Shown here one piece after another: positions 38,221 to 47,546 of a stretch of DNA of 64,000 bases. The notes beneath the pieces are model-generated. The model made no database searches. It saw only the letters and a list, made by a program, of their open reading frames with translations, and was not told the origin of the DNA. The DNA lies in the NCBI GenBank assembly GCA_963765495.1, contig CAVXWP010000013.1, positions 96,001-160,000 on the forward strand, given 5' to 3'. The DNA is from Blastocatellia bacterium (GTDB lineage Bacteria > Acidobacteriota > Blastocatellia > UBA7656). Position numbers and translations under genes: made by a program. The first letter of the stretch is position 1, and every line of letters begins with the position of its first letter.

Positions 38221-40704
38221 TTATTGATTTGATGTTGTGTCGGTCGACAGAGGCTGGCCCGTCATGATGACCGGCTCGCCCGGACGACGACGACTGCGGC
38301 GACGGCTGCGGCGACGGGGAGCGGGTCGTTCGACCGCAGGCTCTTCGGTGGTTATGACCTGTCCACCCGAACAGCCCTTCTTCTCCATAATCGCATCATC
38401 AACCGACTTGCAAGGCGGATTCGCGTTGTAATCGCCCGGCACGATGTAGAACTCAACTCTACGGTTGAGCGCTGCGTCACCGGATGAATGCGGGCAGGTA
38501 TCGCTGTAGTTCCGCACCGTGATGCGGGCTGCGTCAATACCTCTCTCGTTCACCAGATAATCGCGTGCGTTGTTGGCTCTGGTGAGCGATATGCCTACGC
38601 GCTCCGACGTATCGCGATGGCCGTCAACGACCACGTACGCTCGCGGATCCTGTTGCAAGCGAAGCGCGATCTCATCAAGGCAAGCCTTGTGCTCGTTGTT
38701 GATTCTTGCCGAGTTGAACGGGAAGAAGATCGGTCCGCACGGCAGTATCAGATCGACGCATCGCGGAACCACGGTCACAGGAACATTGATCGAGCAACTG
38801 CTACCCGGACACGGCTGGTCGCAGCGTGTGCGGTCTGTTTCCACGTTCACCGTGACGCTGGCCGAACCGGTTACGCCGGTAGTGTCAAGTGTGACCTCAG
38901 AGCCGGTCGTGGACGAAAGCGTTCCAGCGGTGGTTGACCACGTGTAGGAAAGATTGCCTTCGCCGTTGCCGGATACTCTCAACGTCACGCGCTGACCCTC
39001 TTCGGCTTCCGAAGGCGTCGCAGTGATTTCGCAACTGATGGTCGGGCAAGGCGGCTCTGTGACTTCGAATGAAGCGTTGCAGGTCGTCTGGCCTGTGGTT
39101 ATACAATCCGACGGGCAATCGACCGCCGGAACGGTTGCGGTAACGGTTGTTGTTACAGAGTAGTTGCCGCAGGGAATTCCGGTTGTCGGAACTTCGACGC
39201 TCGCGCCTGAACCGCTGACTGTGACGGGTCGCCCCTGAGCGTCTCTGACTTCCCAGCGATACTCGTAGGTAACTTTGTCGTCGGAGTAGCCCGGAGTCGT
39301 GGGCCTTGCGCTGAGTGTCAGCCGCTCTCCACGGTTGACCGTTGCCGGTCCGGCTTCGACCACACAGGTCGGAACGGGCGGCGGCGGACATAGTTTGCGG
39401 CGGCCAATTGACAGATAAGCCACAAATCCGTTTGCATCGCCGTTTTCACCGAAATGCTGCTCTCGCAGATTTAAGAACGGCTCGATTCTAAAGAAGGGCA
39501 ACGGCACAAAGACCGACCCCTGCTCAAATACGGGAAGGTCGCGTTCGTTAGCGTTGGTCAGGAACCTGCGGTATGCGCCTCCAAACGAGATAGCGCCGTT
39601 CTTGAGGAAGAACCGCAAACCTATGTTCCAATCGAGCGGATTCACCGGATCGAGGTTGGGCGTGCCGCCCCCGACATATACGTTGCCAGCCAGTTCGGTC
39701 ACGAACTCTACGTGCTTGTTGACCGCTACTGATAATCCGGCATTCAACAGAAGCTTATCTCGAAGATCGAGCACCTTGACATCATTCTGATCTATATCGC
39801 CGGTGTGGATGTAGCCGATATTTTCATAAAGCCGGAAGCGATGACCGCCGCTCTCCTGGCCGAGCATGAGGATAGGACCGGCTTCGAATTCGCCGCTTGT
39901 TCGTCCGCGTGCGCGGGCGCTATCCTCTCTCGAAATAGGTATCTTCAAATAGCCGCCAAGCGCCATGCTAAACCAGTGCTTGTTTGCGTCTATGAGGTTG
40001 ACCTTGGTTCCCAGGTAAATATCGCCCGAACCGTTTGACGACTGGCGTGGCCCGAAAATCGGGCGGTTAAGATTGTCGAATCCGACAAAGTCGACTTCGC
40101 CAAAGAAGGGCAACTCGTTATAGTAGCCCGGTCGGTCAGTCGCTATTGACGGCCCGAAACCCACAACCAGTGGTCCGCCTGCTCCAGCAGGAGAAAGGCC
40201 GCTGCTTGGGAACCCGATGGGCGTTCCGAATAATCCTACGCGCGGCAGAATTCCGCCGGGGAGCGCGCCCGTGCCGGGGAAGAATGCTGCGCCGCCGTCG
40301 GTTCCGCCAGAGGGCGGGCCGAGGATATTGAACGGATTTCCGAACGCCCGGACCAGATTATACTGGTACCCGCTCAGCAGGAACGGGCTGCGCGAGGTCG
40401 TCTGTTGCCAGGCCACCCAATCAACCCATACTTCCCACCTGTTGGTCAAACCCACAGTGAAATTAAACGGAATCTGATTGATGTCTATATCACCCGGGTC
40501 GCGGTCAAAGTTATTCCAGAATAACCCAAAATTGAACTCGCCCTTGCAGAGCGTTCGGGTCGAGAAAGTATTGAACAACCCTGTGCCGCCAAGCACTGTT
40601 GGCGCTTTCTGCTTTTCAGCGAGGTTGCCGTCTTGTGCAAAAACGGTGACCCCAAAAACTAGCAGCGCCAGGACAAGCGTGCTTATTTTTCTAGCCGCTT
40701 TCAT
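38221..40704 (-). CDS. OmpA-family outer-membrane protein, paralog of 34769-37699 without AMIN
   Basis: Long near-identical blocks shared with its neighbour (GGTGLFNTFSTR, WNNFDRDPGD, CPSDC, NNEHKACLDE); GGAGG RBS before ATG 40704. Confidence 0.8.
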   Translation of the reverse strand: MKAARKISTLVLALLVFGVTVFAQDGNLAEKQKAPTVLGGTGLFNTFSTRTLCKGEFNFGLFWNNFDRDPGDIDINQIPFNFTVGLTNRWEVWVDWVAWQQTTSRSPFLLSGYQYNLVRAFGNPFNILGPPSGGTDGGAAFFPGTGALPGGILPRVGLFGTPIGFPSSGLSPAGAGGPLVVGFGPSIATDRPGYYNELPFFGEVDFVGFDNLNRPIFGPRQSSNGSGDIYLGTKVNLIDANKHWFSMALGGYLKIPISREDSARARGRTSGEFEAGPILMLGQESGGHRFRLYENIGYIHTGDIDQNDVKVLDLRDKLLLNAGLSVAVNKHVEFVTELAGNVYVGGGTPNLDPVNPLDWNIGLRFFLKNGAISFGGAYRRFLTNANERDLPVFEQGSVFVPLPFFRIEPFLNLREQHFGENGDANGFVAYLSIGRRKLCPPPPVPTCVVEAGPATVNRGERLTLSARPTTPGYSDDKVTYEYRWEVRDAQGRPVTVSGSGASVEVPTTGIPCGNYSVTTTVTATVPAVDCPSDCITTGQTTCNASFEVTEPPCPTISCEITATPSEAEEGQRVTLRVSGNGEGNLSYTWSTTAGTLSSTTGSEVTLDTTGVTGSASVTVNVETDRTRCDQPCPGSSCSINVPVTVVPRCVDLILPCGPIFFPFNSARINNEHKACLDEIALRLQQDPRAYVVVDGHRDTSERVGISLTRANNARDYLVNERGIDAARITVRNYSDTCPHSSGDAALNRRVEFYIVPGDYNANPPCKSVDDAIMEKKGCSGGQVITTEEPAVERPAPRRRSRRRSRRRPGEPVIMTGQPLSTDTTSNQ

Positions 40705-40971
40705 TATTTTGCCTCCTGATTTCTTCATCCACGGAATGCGGTTCTTTACCTAGATTTCCTCTGAACTGCAAGAGGTGGTTTCTTAATTGCCTCCCCTCAG
40801 AAGTACAAGGCGAGTGGGATGATTTGCTGTGTGAGCGTCCAGCTTAAGCCCTTTCCTGCCGGGCTCATACGTTGATTCTATTATTACAACATCATGTATA
40901 TACTCGCAATCAGGCGTCGGGTCAACACAAAAATGACTTTTTTCCAGCATCTCCCACAGTTTACGCGCAGC

Positions 40972-42252
40972 CTACGCATAGATTCCGCGCAGCCTCGTAT
41001 CGTAGGCGACGCGATCTATTGCAAGCATATAAGCGGCCAGACGGGTGTTCACCTGATACTTTTCGGCGAACCCGTCCACATCGTTAAAAGAGCTGACCAT
41101 TATATCTCTCAAACGAGTGTTGACGACTTTTTCGGTCCAGAAAAATCCCATTCTATCCTGCACCCATTCGAAATAGCTGACCGTAACGCCCCCGGCGTTT
41201 GCCAGGATATCCGGGATTACATAGATATTTTTATCGGCGATGATATCATCGGCGTCGGACGTGGTCGGTCCGTTGGCCCCCTCGGCAAGTATTCGGCAAC
41301 GAATGCGGTCGGCGTTCTGGCTGTGAATAACGTTTTCGGTCGCTGCCGGCAGCAGTATCTCGCACTCAAGCTCTAATAGCTGCGCGTTGGTGATATGATC
41401 GGCCTCGCGATAGCCTTCGACCGTCTTTTCCTCTTTGAGCACCTTGAGCACCCCCGACACATCCAGCCCCGCCGGATTGTAGAGCGCGCCCGTGATATCG
41501 CCGATGCCTATGACTTTATAGCCTTCCTGGTGCATGAGCAGGGCAGCCGTGCCGCCTACATTGCCCGCACCCTGAACGATCACGCGCGTGTCTTTTACGG
41601 CAAGATTGAATTTTCTCGATGCCTCGTTGCAGACAAACAGCAACCCCCGACCCGTGGCCTCGCGCCGCCCGCGCGACCCGCCTATTTCAATGGGCTTGCC
41701 CGTCACGACAGCCGTGACCGTATGGCGAGCGTGCATGGAATATGTGTCCATCATCCACGCCATCACCTGCTCGTTTGTATTCATATCGGGAGCAGGTACA
41801 TCGCGTTCGGGGCCTATGAAATCCAGCAGTTCGGCCGTATATCGGCGGGTCATTCGCTCAAGCTCGCCCCGGCTCATCTGGCGCGGGTCGCAGATTATAC
41901 CGCCTTTCGCGCCTCCGAAGGGTATGTTGACGACGGCGCACTTCCAGGTCATCCACGCCGCAAGCGCGCGCACTTCATCGAGCGAGACATCGGGCGAATA
42001 GCGCACGCCGCCTTTGGCCGGACCGCGCGCGAAGTTGTGCTGTACACGATAGCCGGTGAAAACCTGATAGTTTCCATCGTCCATCAATACGGGTATATAA
42101 AGAGTGATTTCACGATTAGGCCAGCGAAGTATCTTATAAATGTTTGGATCAAGGTTGAGTCTTTGCGCCGCATCATCGAAGCGTTCCATCATGGACTCAA
42201 ATGGATTGTCTTCCTTGATTTCCTTGGCGTCATCAACGTAAACGGATGGCAT
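40972..42252 (-). CDS. gdhA: Glutamate dehydrogenase (Glu/Leu/Phe/Val family)
   Basis: [39 protein letters not shown] and [10 protein letters not shown]. Confidence 0.93.
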   Translation of the reverse strand: MPSVYVDDAKEIKEDNPFESMMERFDDAAQRLNLDPNIYKILRWPNREITLYIPVLMDDGNYQVFTGYRVQHNFARGPAKGGVRYSPDVSLDEVRALAAWMTWKCAVVNIPFGGAKGGIICDPRQMSRGELERMTRRYTAELLDFIGPERDVPAPDMNTNEQVMAWMMDTYSMHARHTVTAVVTGKPIEIGGSRGRREATGRGLLFVCNEASRKFNLAVKDTRVIVQGAGNVGGTAALLMHQEGYKVIGIGDITGALYNPAGLDVSGVLKVLKEEKTVEGYREADHITNAQLLELECEILLPAATENVIHSQNADRIRCRILAEGANGPTTSDADDIIADKNIYVIPDILANAGGVTVSYFEWVQDRMGFFWTEKVVNTRLRDIMVSSFNDVDGFAEKYQVNTRLAAYMLAIDRVAYDTRLRGIYA

Positions 42253-42451
42253 TAGCTGTCATCTCCCGGCTCGAAGTATTGAGGCGTGTGATAATCAAAC
42301 ATCATGCTCTGGCTTTCACAAGCATACGAGACAACAGATTATAGCCGACACCATAACGACAGGCAATGAAGGCAAGCGATATTGGGCAACCAAATCAAAC
42401 AATTTCAGGGCCATTCAGTTTTCCAAAATGTAGAATTGGAAAATAGAAATA

Positions 42452-42517
42452 GGCCGCGGATGACGCGGATGCGGCGGATTTGCGCGGATTCGTCCAAATA
42501 GGGTCAGATCCGCGTAT
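42452..42517. repeat. Nonamer repeat (CGCGGATnn)x4 with a partial inverted arm
   Basis: CGCGGATGA CGCGGATGC GGCGGATTTG CGCGGATT ... ATCCGCG. Confidence 0.65.
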
Positions 42518-42654
42518 CGGTAGCCTGTTCCCACACGCCTTTCGTCCAACTTAACCTGCAAAAATGGCTTACGCATGTTGCCCGCAAGTCAAAAACTGAA
42601 TATATTTCCGGTACTCCACTATCCGATGTCATTTCGTTGGCGTAGTTCGCCGGA

Positions 42655-43626
42655 TTGCAGGTGCCGGAGATGAAGGATGACCGGGATTTACAGCTCGCGC
42701 AGTTTCCACAGGTGGCCGAAGCGGTACGAAAGATCGCAGCCGACAACAGGTCGGGAGCATCGGAAATACTTCGAATCAGCGGCGAGATATTTTCTCTGCT
42801 CGAGGAAGCCGCATCAAAACAGGGGCCGTATGAGACGGAAAAATCCCGCCACCTGGTAATCAGAACATGCTTTGCGCTTGCGCGAGCGCAGCCTTCCATG
42901 GCGTCTCTCTTAAATCTTGCAAGTACGGTCGCGCAAACCGCGCTTGAAAGCTCCGACCATCCCATTGAGTCGGCCAGTAAATCGGCGCGGGACTTTATAC
43001 TCAAAACCGCACGGGCGATAGATGAGGCTACGACTAAGGCTTCCAGTCTTATAGCCGAAGGCGCTATCGTGTTGACGCACTCTCGGAGTTCAAGCGTAGT
43101 TGCGGCTTTCAAACAGGCGCACAATGCGGGTCGAAACTTCGAGGTCATCGCAACCGAGAGCCGTCCTTTGCTTGAAGGTCGCTCGCTTGCCCGTGAGCTT
43201 TCAGATGAAAACATCAGGGTAACCATCCTGGCTGATGCGGCGGCGGCTCTCGCCGTAGACCGCGCCGATATTGTCGTTGTCGGAGCCGATAAGATCACAG
43301 CTGATGTTTTGATCAATAAGATTGGAACCAGGCTGATTGCGCTCGCTGCCTCCGAGCGCAATTGCCCGGTCTATGCGATTGCGGACTCGTCCAAATTTAT
43401 CAACGCGAACGAAACATCGGATGAGGCCGATACAGGAAGAGATGCCGCCGAGCTATGGCCTGATGCGCCCGGTTCGATAAAGATATGGAATCGTTATTTC
43501 GAGCCTGTGCCTCTTTCATATTTCACAGGCATCATTTTTGAAGGCGGGTTGCTGAGACCAGAAGAGACAGCCCTTCGAGTTCGAAACGAGTTGAGCAACA
43601 CGAGGCTATTTGACTTCTTCCGTTGA
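42655..43626 (+). CDS. IF-2B family protein (eIF-2B/MtnA/R15P-isomerase fold)
   Basis: DNRSGASEI, QPSMA, LTHSRSSSV, ESRPLLEG, VGAD, NKIGT and FEPVP. Confidence 0.85.
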   Translation: MQVPEMKDDRDLQLAQFPQVAEAVRKIAADNRSGASEILRISGEIFSLLEEAASKQGPYETEKSRHLVIRTCFALARAQPSMASLLNLASTVAQTALESSDHPIESASKSARDFILKTARAIDEATTKASSLIAEGAIVLTHSRSSSVVAAFKQAHNAGRNFEVIATESRPLLEGRSLARELSDENIRVTILADAAAALAVDRADIVVVGADKITADVLINKIGTRLIALAASERNCPVYAIADSSKFINANETSDEADTGRDAAELWPDAPGSIKIWNRYFEPVPLSYFTGIIFEGGLLRPEETALRVRNELSNTRLFDFFR

Positions 43627-43749
43627 TGCTCGTATAGCCCTATACAAACCTTTAGTAATATTTCTCTTCAAATAGCGCTTGATAATTTCCACTCGATTTC
43701 CGGTCATGTTATACCTTATATACTAATCGGGGCACTGGTGTGATCGCTT

Positions 43750-45840
43750 ATGTTTTCAAGAGAGTATTTCATCGATGCAATTCATCGTTTACGCGAGAAG
43801 CTGTCACAATATCTTGCATTGCCCGGCTCACAAATTTCAGAAACCACCTCAAATACAGGGAAGAATCGCTCTCGCCGTATGATCGTTTGCGGCTGTATTT
43901 TTCTTGTAGCTCTCGGCGTCAGAGTATTACACAAACAGGACAGGAGTATTGAGATTGAGCGGAAAGAATCCTTGCTCACAAATCTCTCAAAACTCTACGA
44001 ACCCGAAGCGCGCCGGATGACAGAAAATAAGGCCCTGTTTTTTCCAGATCAATTGCCGGAGCAGGGCGATGCGCGGATACTGGTACACCCGCCGGGTTAT
44101 TCGATCCTTAGCGCGGCTCTGTTGAAAGAATTAGGCATCGGGCAAAATACGATGATCTTTTTACAGATGATTTGTGATGCGGCATCGGCGGTGCTGCTCT
44201 TTCTGATCACAGCAGAGTTCTTGCCCTTGATCGTCGCCTTCATAGGCGGGATTCTCGTCGCCCTGTCACCGCATCTCTCATATTATTCATTGCGGGTTTT
44301 ACCCGACAGCCTTGCAGTCTTTCCAATCCTGTTTGCGGTCTACCTGATTAGCAAAGCAATCAAACGGCCTGAGCTTTTCAAGATCATAGCCGGAGGCGCA
44401 CTCATAGGTCTTTCGTGCTGGCTCAGATCAAACGCGCTTTTGATGGCGCCGCTCCTTGCCCTGGCCATTTTCCTTCTGTTTGAGCGCGGCAAACGGTTGC
44501 GTTATTCGGCGGCGCTCGTCATTGCGATGATAGTAGTGATTTCGCCAATCACGATTCGCAACTGGGTCTTATATCATCGCTTCATTCCCCTATCGCTCGG
44601 CTCGGGTGTGACTCTGGTTGAAGGCATAGCCGATTATGACACCCAGAACAGATTTGGGCTTCCGGCAACCGATATAGAGACCGCGCGGAAGGATGCCGAA
44701 TGGCACAATCGGCCCGATTATCGAGGCAACCTATGGTCGCCAGAAGGCATTGAGCGAGATCGTTATCGTTTTTCGCGCGGCCTTACCGTGATCCGCTCAA
44801 ATCCCGGGTGGTTCCTCAAAGTGATGCTCAGCCGGGCAGCCTTTATGCTCAACTATAACAACGCGGGTCCGGCCGCCTGGCCGTTTAATACCTCGCAAGT
44901 TCCCCTGGTCTCGGCCACCCCGGCCTTTGGCCACAGCCTTGCCCTCGTTAACCAGATTGCGCCCCTTCGCTCAATCTCTCCCCGGGAATTGATTGCCGAC
45001 GGGGCAGCCCTTTCGCCACAGACAAGAGTCTCGCTTGTAGACGAAGGCAGGACTTTGCAAATTGCCGGGGACAATTCTCAGTTCGCCGATCAATTCGAAT
45101 CACCGCCCTTTGCTTTAACGGCTCATACAGATTACGTTCTCAGATTTCCGGTGAGCCTCGAGCAGGGATCAATGGCCGTCAAGGTGACGAGCGAAGATCG
45201 GCGTATCACTCTCGCCTCCGAGTTGGTTCTGCGACCCGATAAGGACGCAAAGAAGAGGGCTAAACAGAGCAGCGAAGAGGTCACAAGCGAAGAGGTCACA
45301 AGCGAAGAGGTCGCAAGCGAAGAAGACGCAAGCGAAGAAGGCGCAAATGAAGAAGGCGCAAGCGATTCAGATGTTGAGCAGCCGATAAAAACCATTGAGA
45401 TGGCATTCACAAGCGATGACAAGACCGGGGCGCGGCTCGTCATCGCAAGCGATCTGTCGCAAGTCTCGCCGCCCGTAGTCGAAGCCGGACAGGTTGAATT
45501 GTTCGCGCTTGGCGAGACTCCACATCGTTGGACCCGTTATCCTCGCGCTCTCATCTACGGTCTGCAAAAAAATCTCTTCAAGACCAGGGTCATGCTTCCG
45601 CTCGTCATCACAGGCATTGCGCTGCTCGCGTTTGCGCGTCAGTGGCGCGCACTGGTCCTGCTGCTGATCGTCCCCTTTTATTACCTGCTCTTCCAGTCAA
45701 TCCTGCATACAGAGTATCGCTACATTCTGGCGATTCACTATTTTCTGTTCGCCTTTGCCGGAGTAGCGCTTTACTCGATGGCGATGATTATCCGCCAAGG
45801 CAGTGTGTGGGTTATAAGCAGGGGTCAAAAGAAGAGTTGA
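43750..45840 (+). CDS. GT-C glycosyltransferase (family 39/ArnT-like) with a periplasmic insertion
   Basis: HPPGY, multiple TM helices, LRSN, PITIRNW and a C-terminal EYRY. Confidence 0.75.
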   Translation: MFSREYFIDAIHRLREKLSQYLALPGSQISETTSNTGKNRSRRMIVCGCIFLVALGVRVLHKQDRSIEIERKESLLTNLSKLYEPEARRMTENKALFFPDQLPEQGDARILVHPPGYSILSAALLKELGIGQNTMIFLQMICDAASAVLLFLITAEFLPLIVAFIGGILVALSPHLSYYSLRVLPDSLAVFPILFAVYLISKAIKRPELFKIIAGGALIGLSCWLRSNALLMAPLLALAIFLLFERGKRLRYSAALVIAMIVVISPITIRNWVLYHRFIPLSLGSGVTLVEGIADYDTQNRFGLPATDIETARKDAEWHNRPDYRGNLWSPEGIERDRYRFSRGLTVIRSNPGWFLKVMLSRAAFMLNYNNAGPAAWPFNTSQVPLVSATPAFGHSLALVNQIAPLRSISPRELIADGAALSPQTRVSLVDEGRTLQIAGDNSQFADQFESPPFALTAHTDYVLRFPVSLEQGSMAVKVTSEDRRITLASELVLRPDKDAKKRAKQSSEEVTSEEVTSEEVASEEDASEEGANEEGASDSDVEQPIKTIEMAFTSDDKTGARLVIASDLSQVSPPVVEAGQVELFALGETPHRWTRYPRALIYGLQKNLFKTRVMLPLVITGIALLAFARQWRALVLLLIVPFYYLLFQSILHTEYRYILAIHYFLFAFAGVALYSMAMIIRQGSVWVISRGQKKS
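45270..45364 (+). repeat. Degenerating in-frame 15-bp repeat x6 (SEEVT to SEEGA)
   Basis: AGCGAAGAGGTCACA-like units. Confidence 0.85.
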
Positions 45841-45843
45841 GCT

Positions 45844-46677
45844 TCAACGGTCTGCCGGTTTGTTCTTTTCGGCTTCCGGCTTTTGAATCCCGGCATCCTG
45901 CAAGGCGCGGGTCAGGTCTTCGAAGGCACGCTCTATCATCTGGTCCGCTTCTTCGGGTCTTTTGGCCGACGCCGAGAGCAGCACGCGAAAAGTGATGTCG
46001 CGTCCAAAGTGAGAGGCTCGCGATTTTATGTAAACGTCGGGATGCGCAGTAGCCACGCGGCGGAGCGCGGGCGCGAGAGCGGATTCGTCTCCGCACTTGA
46101 CCGTAACTTCCCGCTCGCGATAACTGCCTCGCCCGAATATTTCGCGCATCGTTTTTTGGAGCGGGCCCTCGATTATCGCTTTCAATTCCGAAGGCACGCC
46201 GGGCAGCGAGATGATGCGACAACCCGAAACTTTCAGCATAGCGGCCGGCGCAGCGCCCACGGGGTTTTCTATCGCCTCTGCGCCCTCGGGCAGACGCGCC
46301 ATCTTCAATCGCGCATCGGTCAGGCCCGCCTTTTCAACATAACCCTGATCGGCAAGCTCTTTATATCGCCACTCGACAAATCTGTGCGCCGCTTCGTCGA
46401 GTGAGAGCTTCAAACCGAGGCTTGCGGCAATAGCGCCGAGTGTCAAATCGTCATCCGTAGGACCAAGCCCGCCGCAGGTAAATATCAGGTCAGCCCGGCG
46501 CGCAAGTGAGCGTTTGATCTCATCGGCTATGGCTTCGGCTTCGTCGCGCACGGTTGCTATGTGACGCACGCGGCCGCCCATACCCCTTACCATTCGGCAG
46601 AGATAATTGGAGTTTGTGTCCTGCACTGCGCCAAGCAGAACTTCATTGCCGATTACTACTATCTCAATATTGACCAC
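45844..46677 (-). CDS. CinA-like molybdopterin-binding-domain protein (COG1058) without a PncC domain
   Basis: IGNEVLLG..QDTN, GGLGPTDDDLT and LPGVPSE; only 277 aa. Confidence 0.85.
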   Translation of the reverse strand: MVNIEIVVIGNEVLLGAVQDTNSNYLCRMVRGMGGRVRHIATVRDEAEAIADEIKRSLARRADLIFTCGGLGPTDDDLTLGAIAASLGLKLSLDEAAHRFVEWRYKELADQGYVEKAGLTDARLKMARLPEGAEAIENPVGAAPAAMLKVSGCRIISLPGVPSELKAIIEGPLQKTMREIFGRGSYREREVTVKCGDESALAPALRRVATAHPDVYIKSRASHFGRDITFRVLLSASAKRPEEADQMIERAFEDLTRALQDAGIQKPEAEKNKPADR

Positions 46678-46935
46678 GACAGATTACAGGTTACAGCCAC
46701 AAGGAGTTAAGTGCCAAGAGCCGGGATGCTAAAAGTTCCTCAAATACAAAGGCGGCTTCCGGGGTCTATAATTCTCAGAATGATCTGTCGAGATCAAAAT
46801 GCAGGCATCTTTTTGCGCGTCTTGAGTCTCAAACCAGTTGGTGGGGCTGGACGCTTGTCCGTTTTGGTTCGTGCGGCAACGTCCGGTACGCCCTGCCACT
46901 TCAATTTCTTGCATCTGTTCGAGGAGCGATAAAGA

Positions 46936-47289
46936 ATGAACAAAAATAGAATTCTGCTGGGCGTTTCCATCTCACTTCTGGCGCTGGCTCTGACGGGCTG
47001 CCCCGAGCGAAAACGCATATCGGAAATCACAAACGATCCGGGCCGCTATTACAATAAGGAAGTAACCGTGGTCGGGCGGGTGACTCGTTCTTATGGGGCG
47101 CTCGGCCAGGGTGTATTCGAGATAGATGATGGAACCGGGCGTATGTGGGTTTTCAGCGAAAAGTACGGGGTGCCAAGCCGGGATGCCTATGTCGGAGTAA
47201 GCGGACGCGTGATACCGGGCGTCACCTTCGGCGGGCGCAATTATGCAACCGTACTGCGCGAGACCAAGCGCCGATCACGTAAAGAATAA
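46936..47289 (+). CDS. Small OB-fold lipoprotein
   Basis: Lipobox LTGC; EVTVVGRV...IDDGTG.MWV OB-fold pattern. Confidence 0.75.
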   Translation: MNKNRILLGVSISLLALALTGCPERKRISEITNDPGRYYNKEVTVVGRVTRSYGALGQGVFEIDDGTGRMWVFSEKYGVPSRDAYVGVSGRVIPGVTFGGRNYATVLRETKRRSRKE

Positions 47290-47308
47290 ATTCTCCGCGA
47301 GCCTCTCT

Positions 47309-47344
47309 CGGCGCTCCGGCAACTTATGTGTTGCCGGAGCGCCG
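47309..47344. terminator. GC-rich hairpin between convergent genes
   Basis: Perfect 15-bp stem CGGCGCTCCGGCAAC/GTTGCCGGAGCGCCG with a 6-nt loop; no long U tract. Confidence 0.55.
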
Positions 47345-47469
47345 GGTCGTCTCTGCCCGATTTCCAACAAGCCTTTAGCTTTCGTCCGCCGACCGACAGC
47401 GCAATTCACAAACCCGTGTCAGGGATCGTCTCTTACACCGCGCAGGGAATCAAAGAGGGTAAAAAAGAC

Positions 47470-47540
47470 TTTTACAGGATTAACAGGATATTTTACATAT
47501 CTTCGGAGATCTTTTTTAATCCTGTTAATCCCGTCAAAAA
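47470..47540. repeat. REP-like nonamer hairpin (second copy)
   Basis: TTTTACAGGATTAACAGGAT ... ATCCTGTTAATCCCGTCAAAA. Confidence 0.85.
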
Positions 47541-47546
47541 AACCGA

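Noticed and set aside
40894-42255. 160-aa and 286-aa plus-strand ORFs
   Set aside because: Antisense shadows of gdhA, expected from codon bias.
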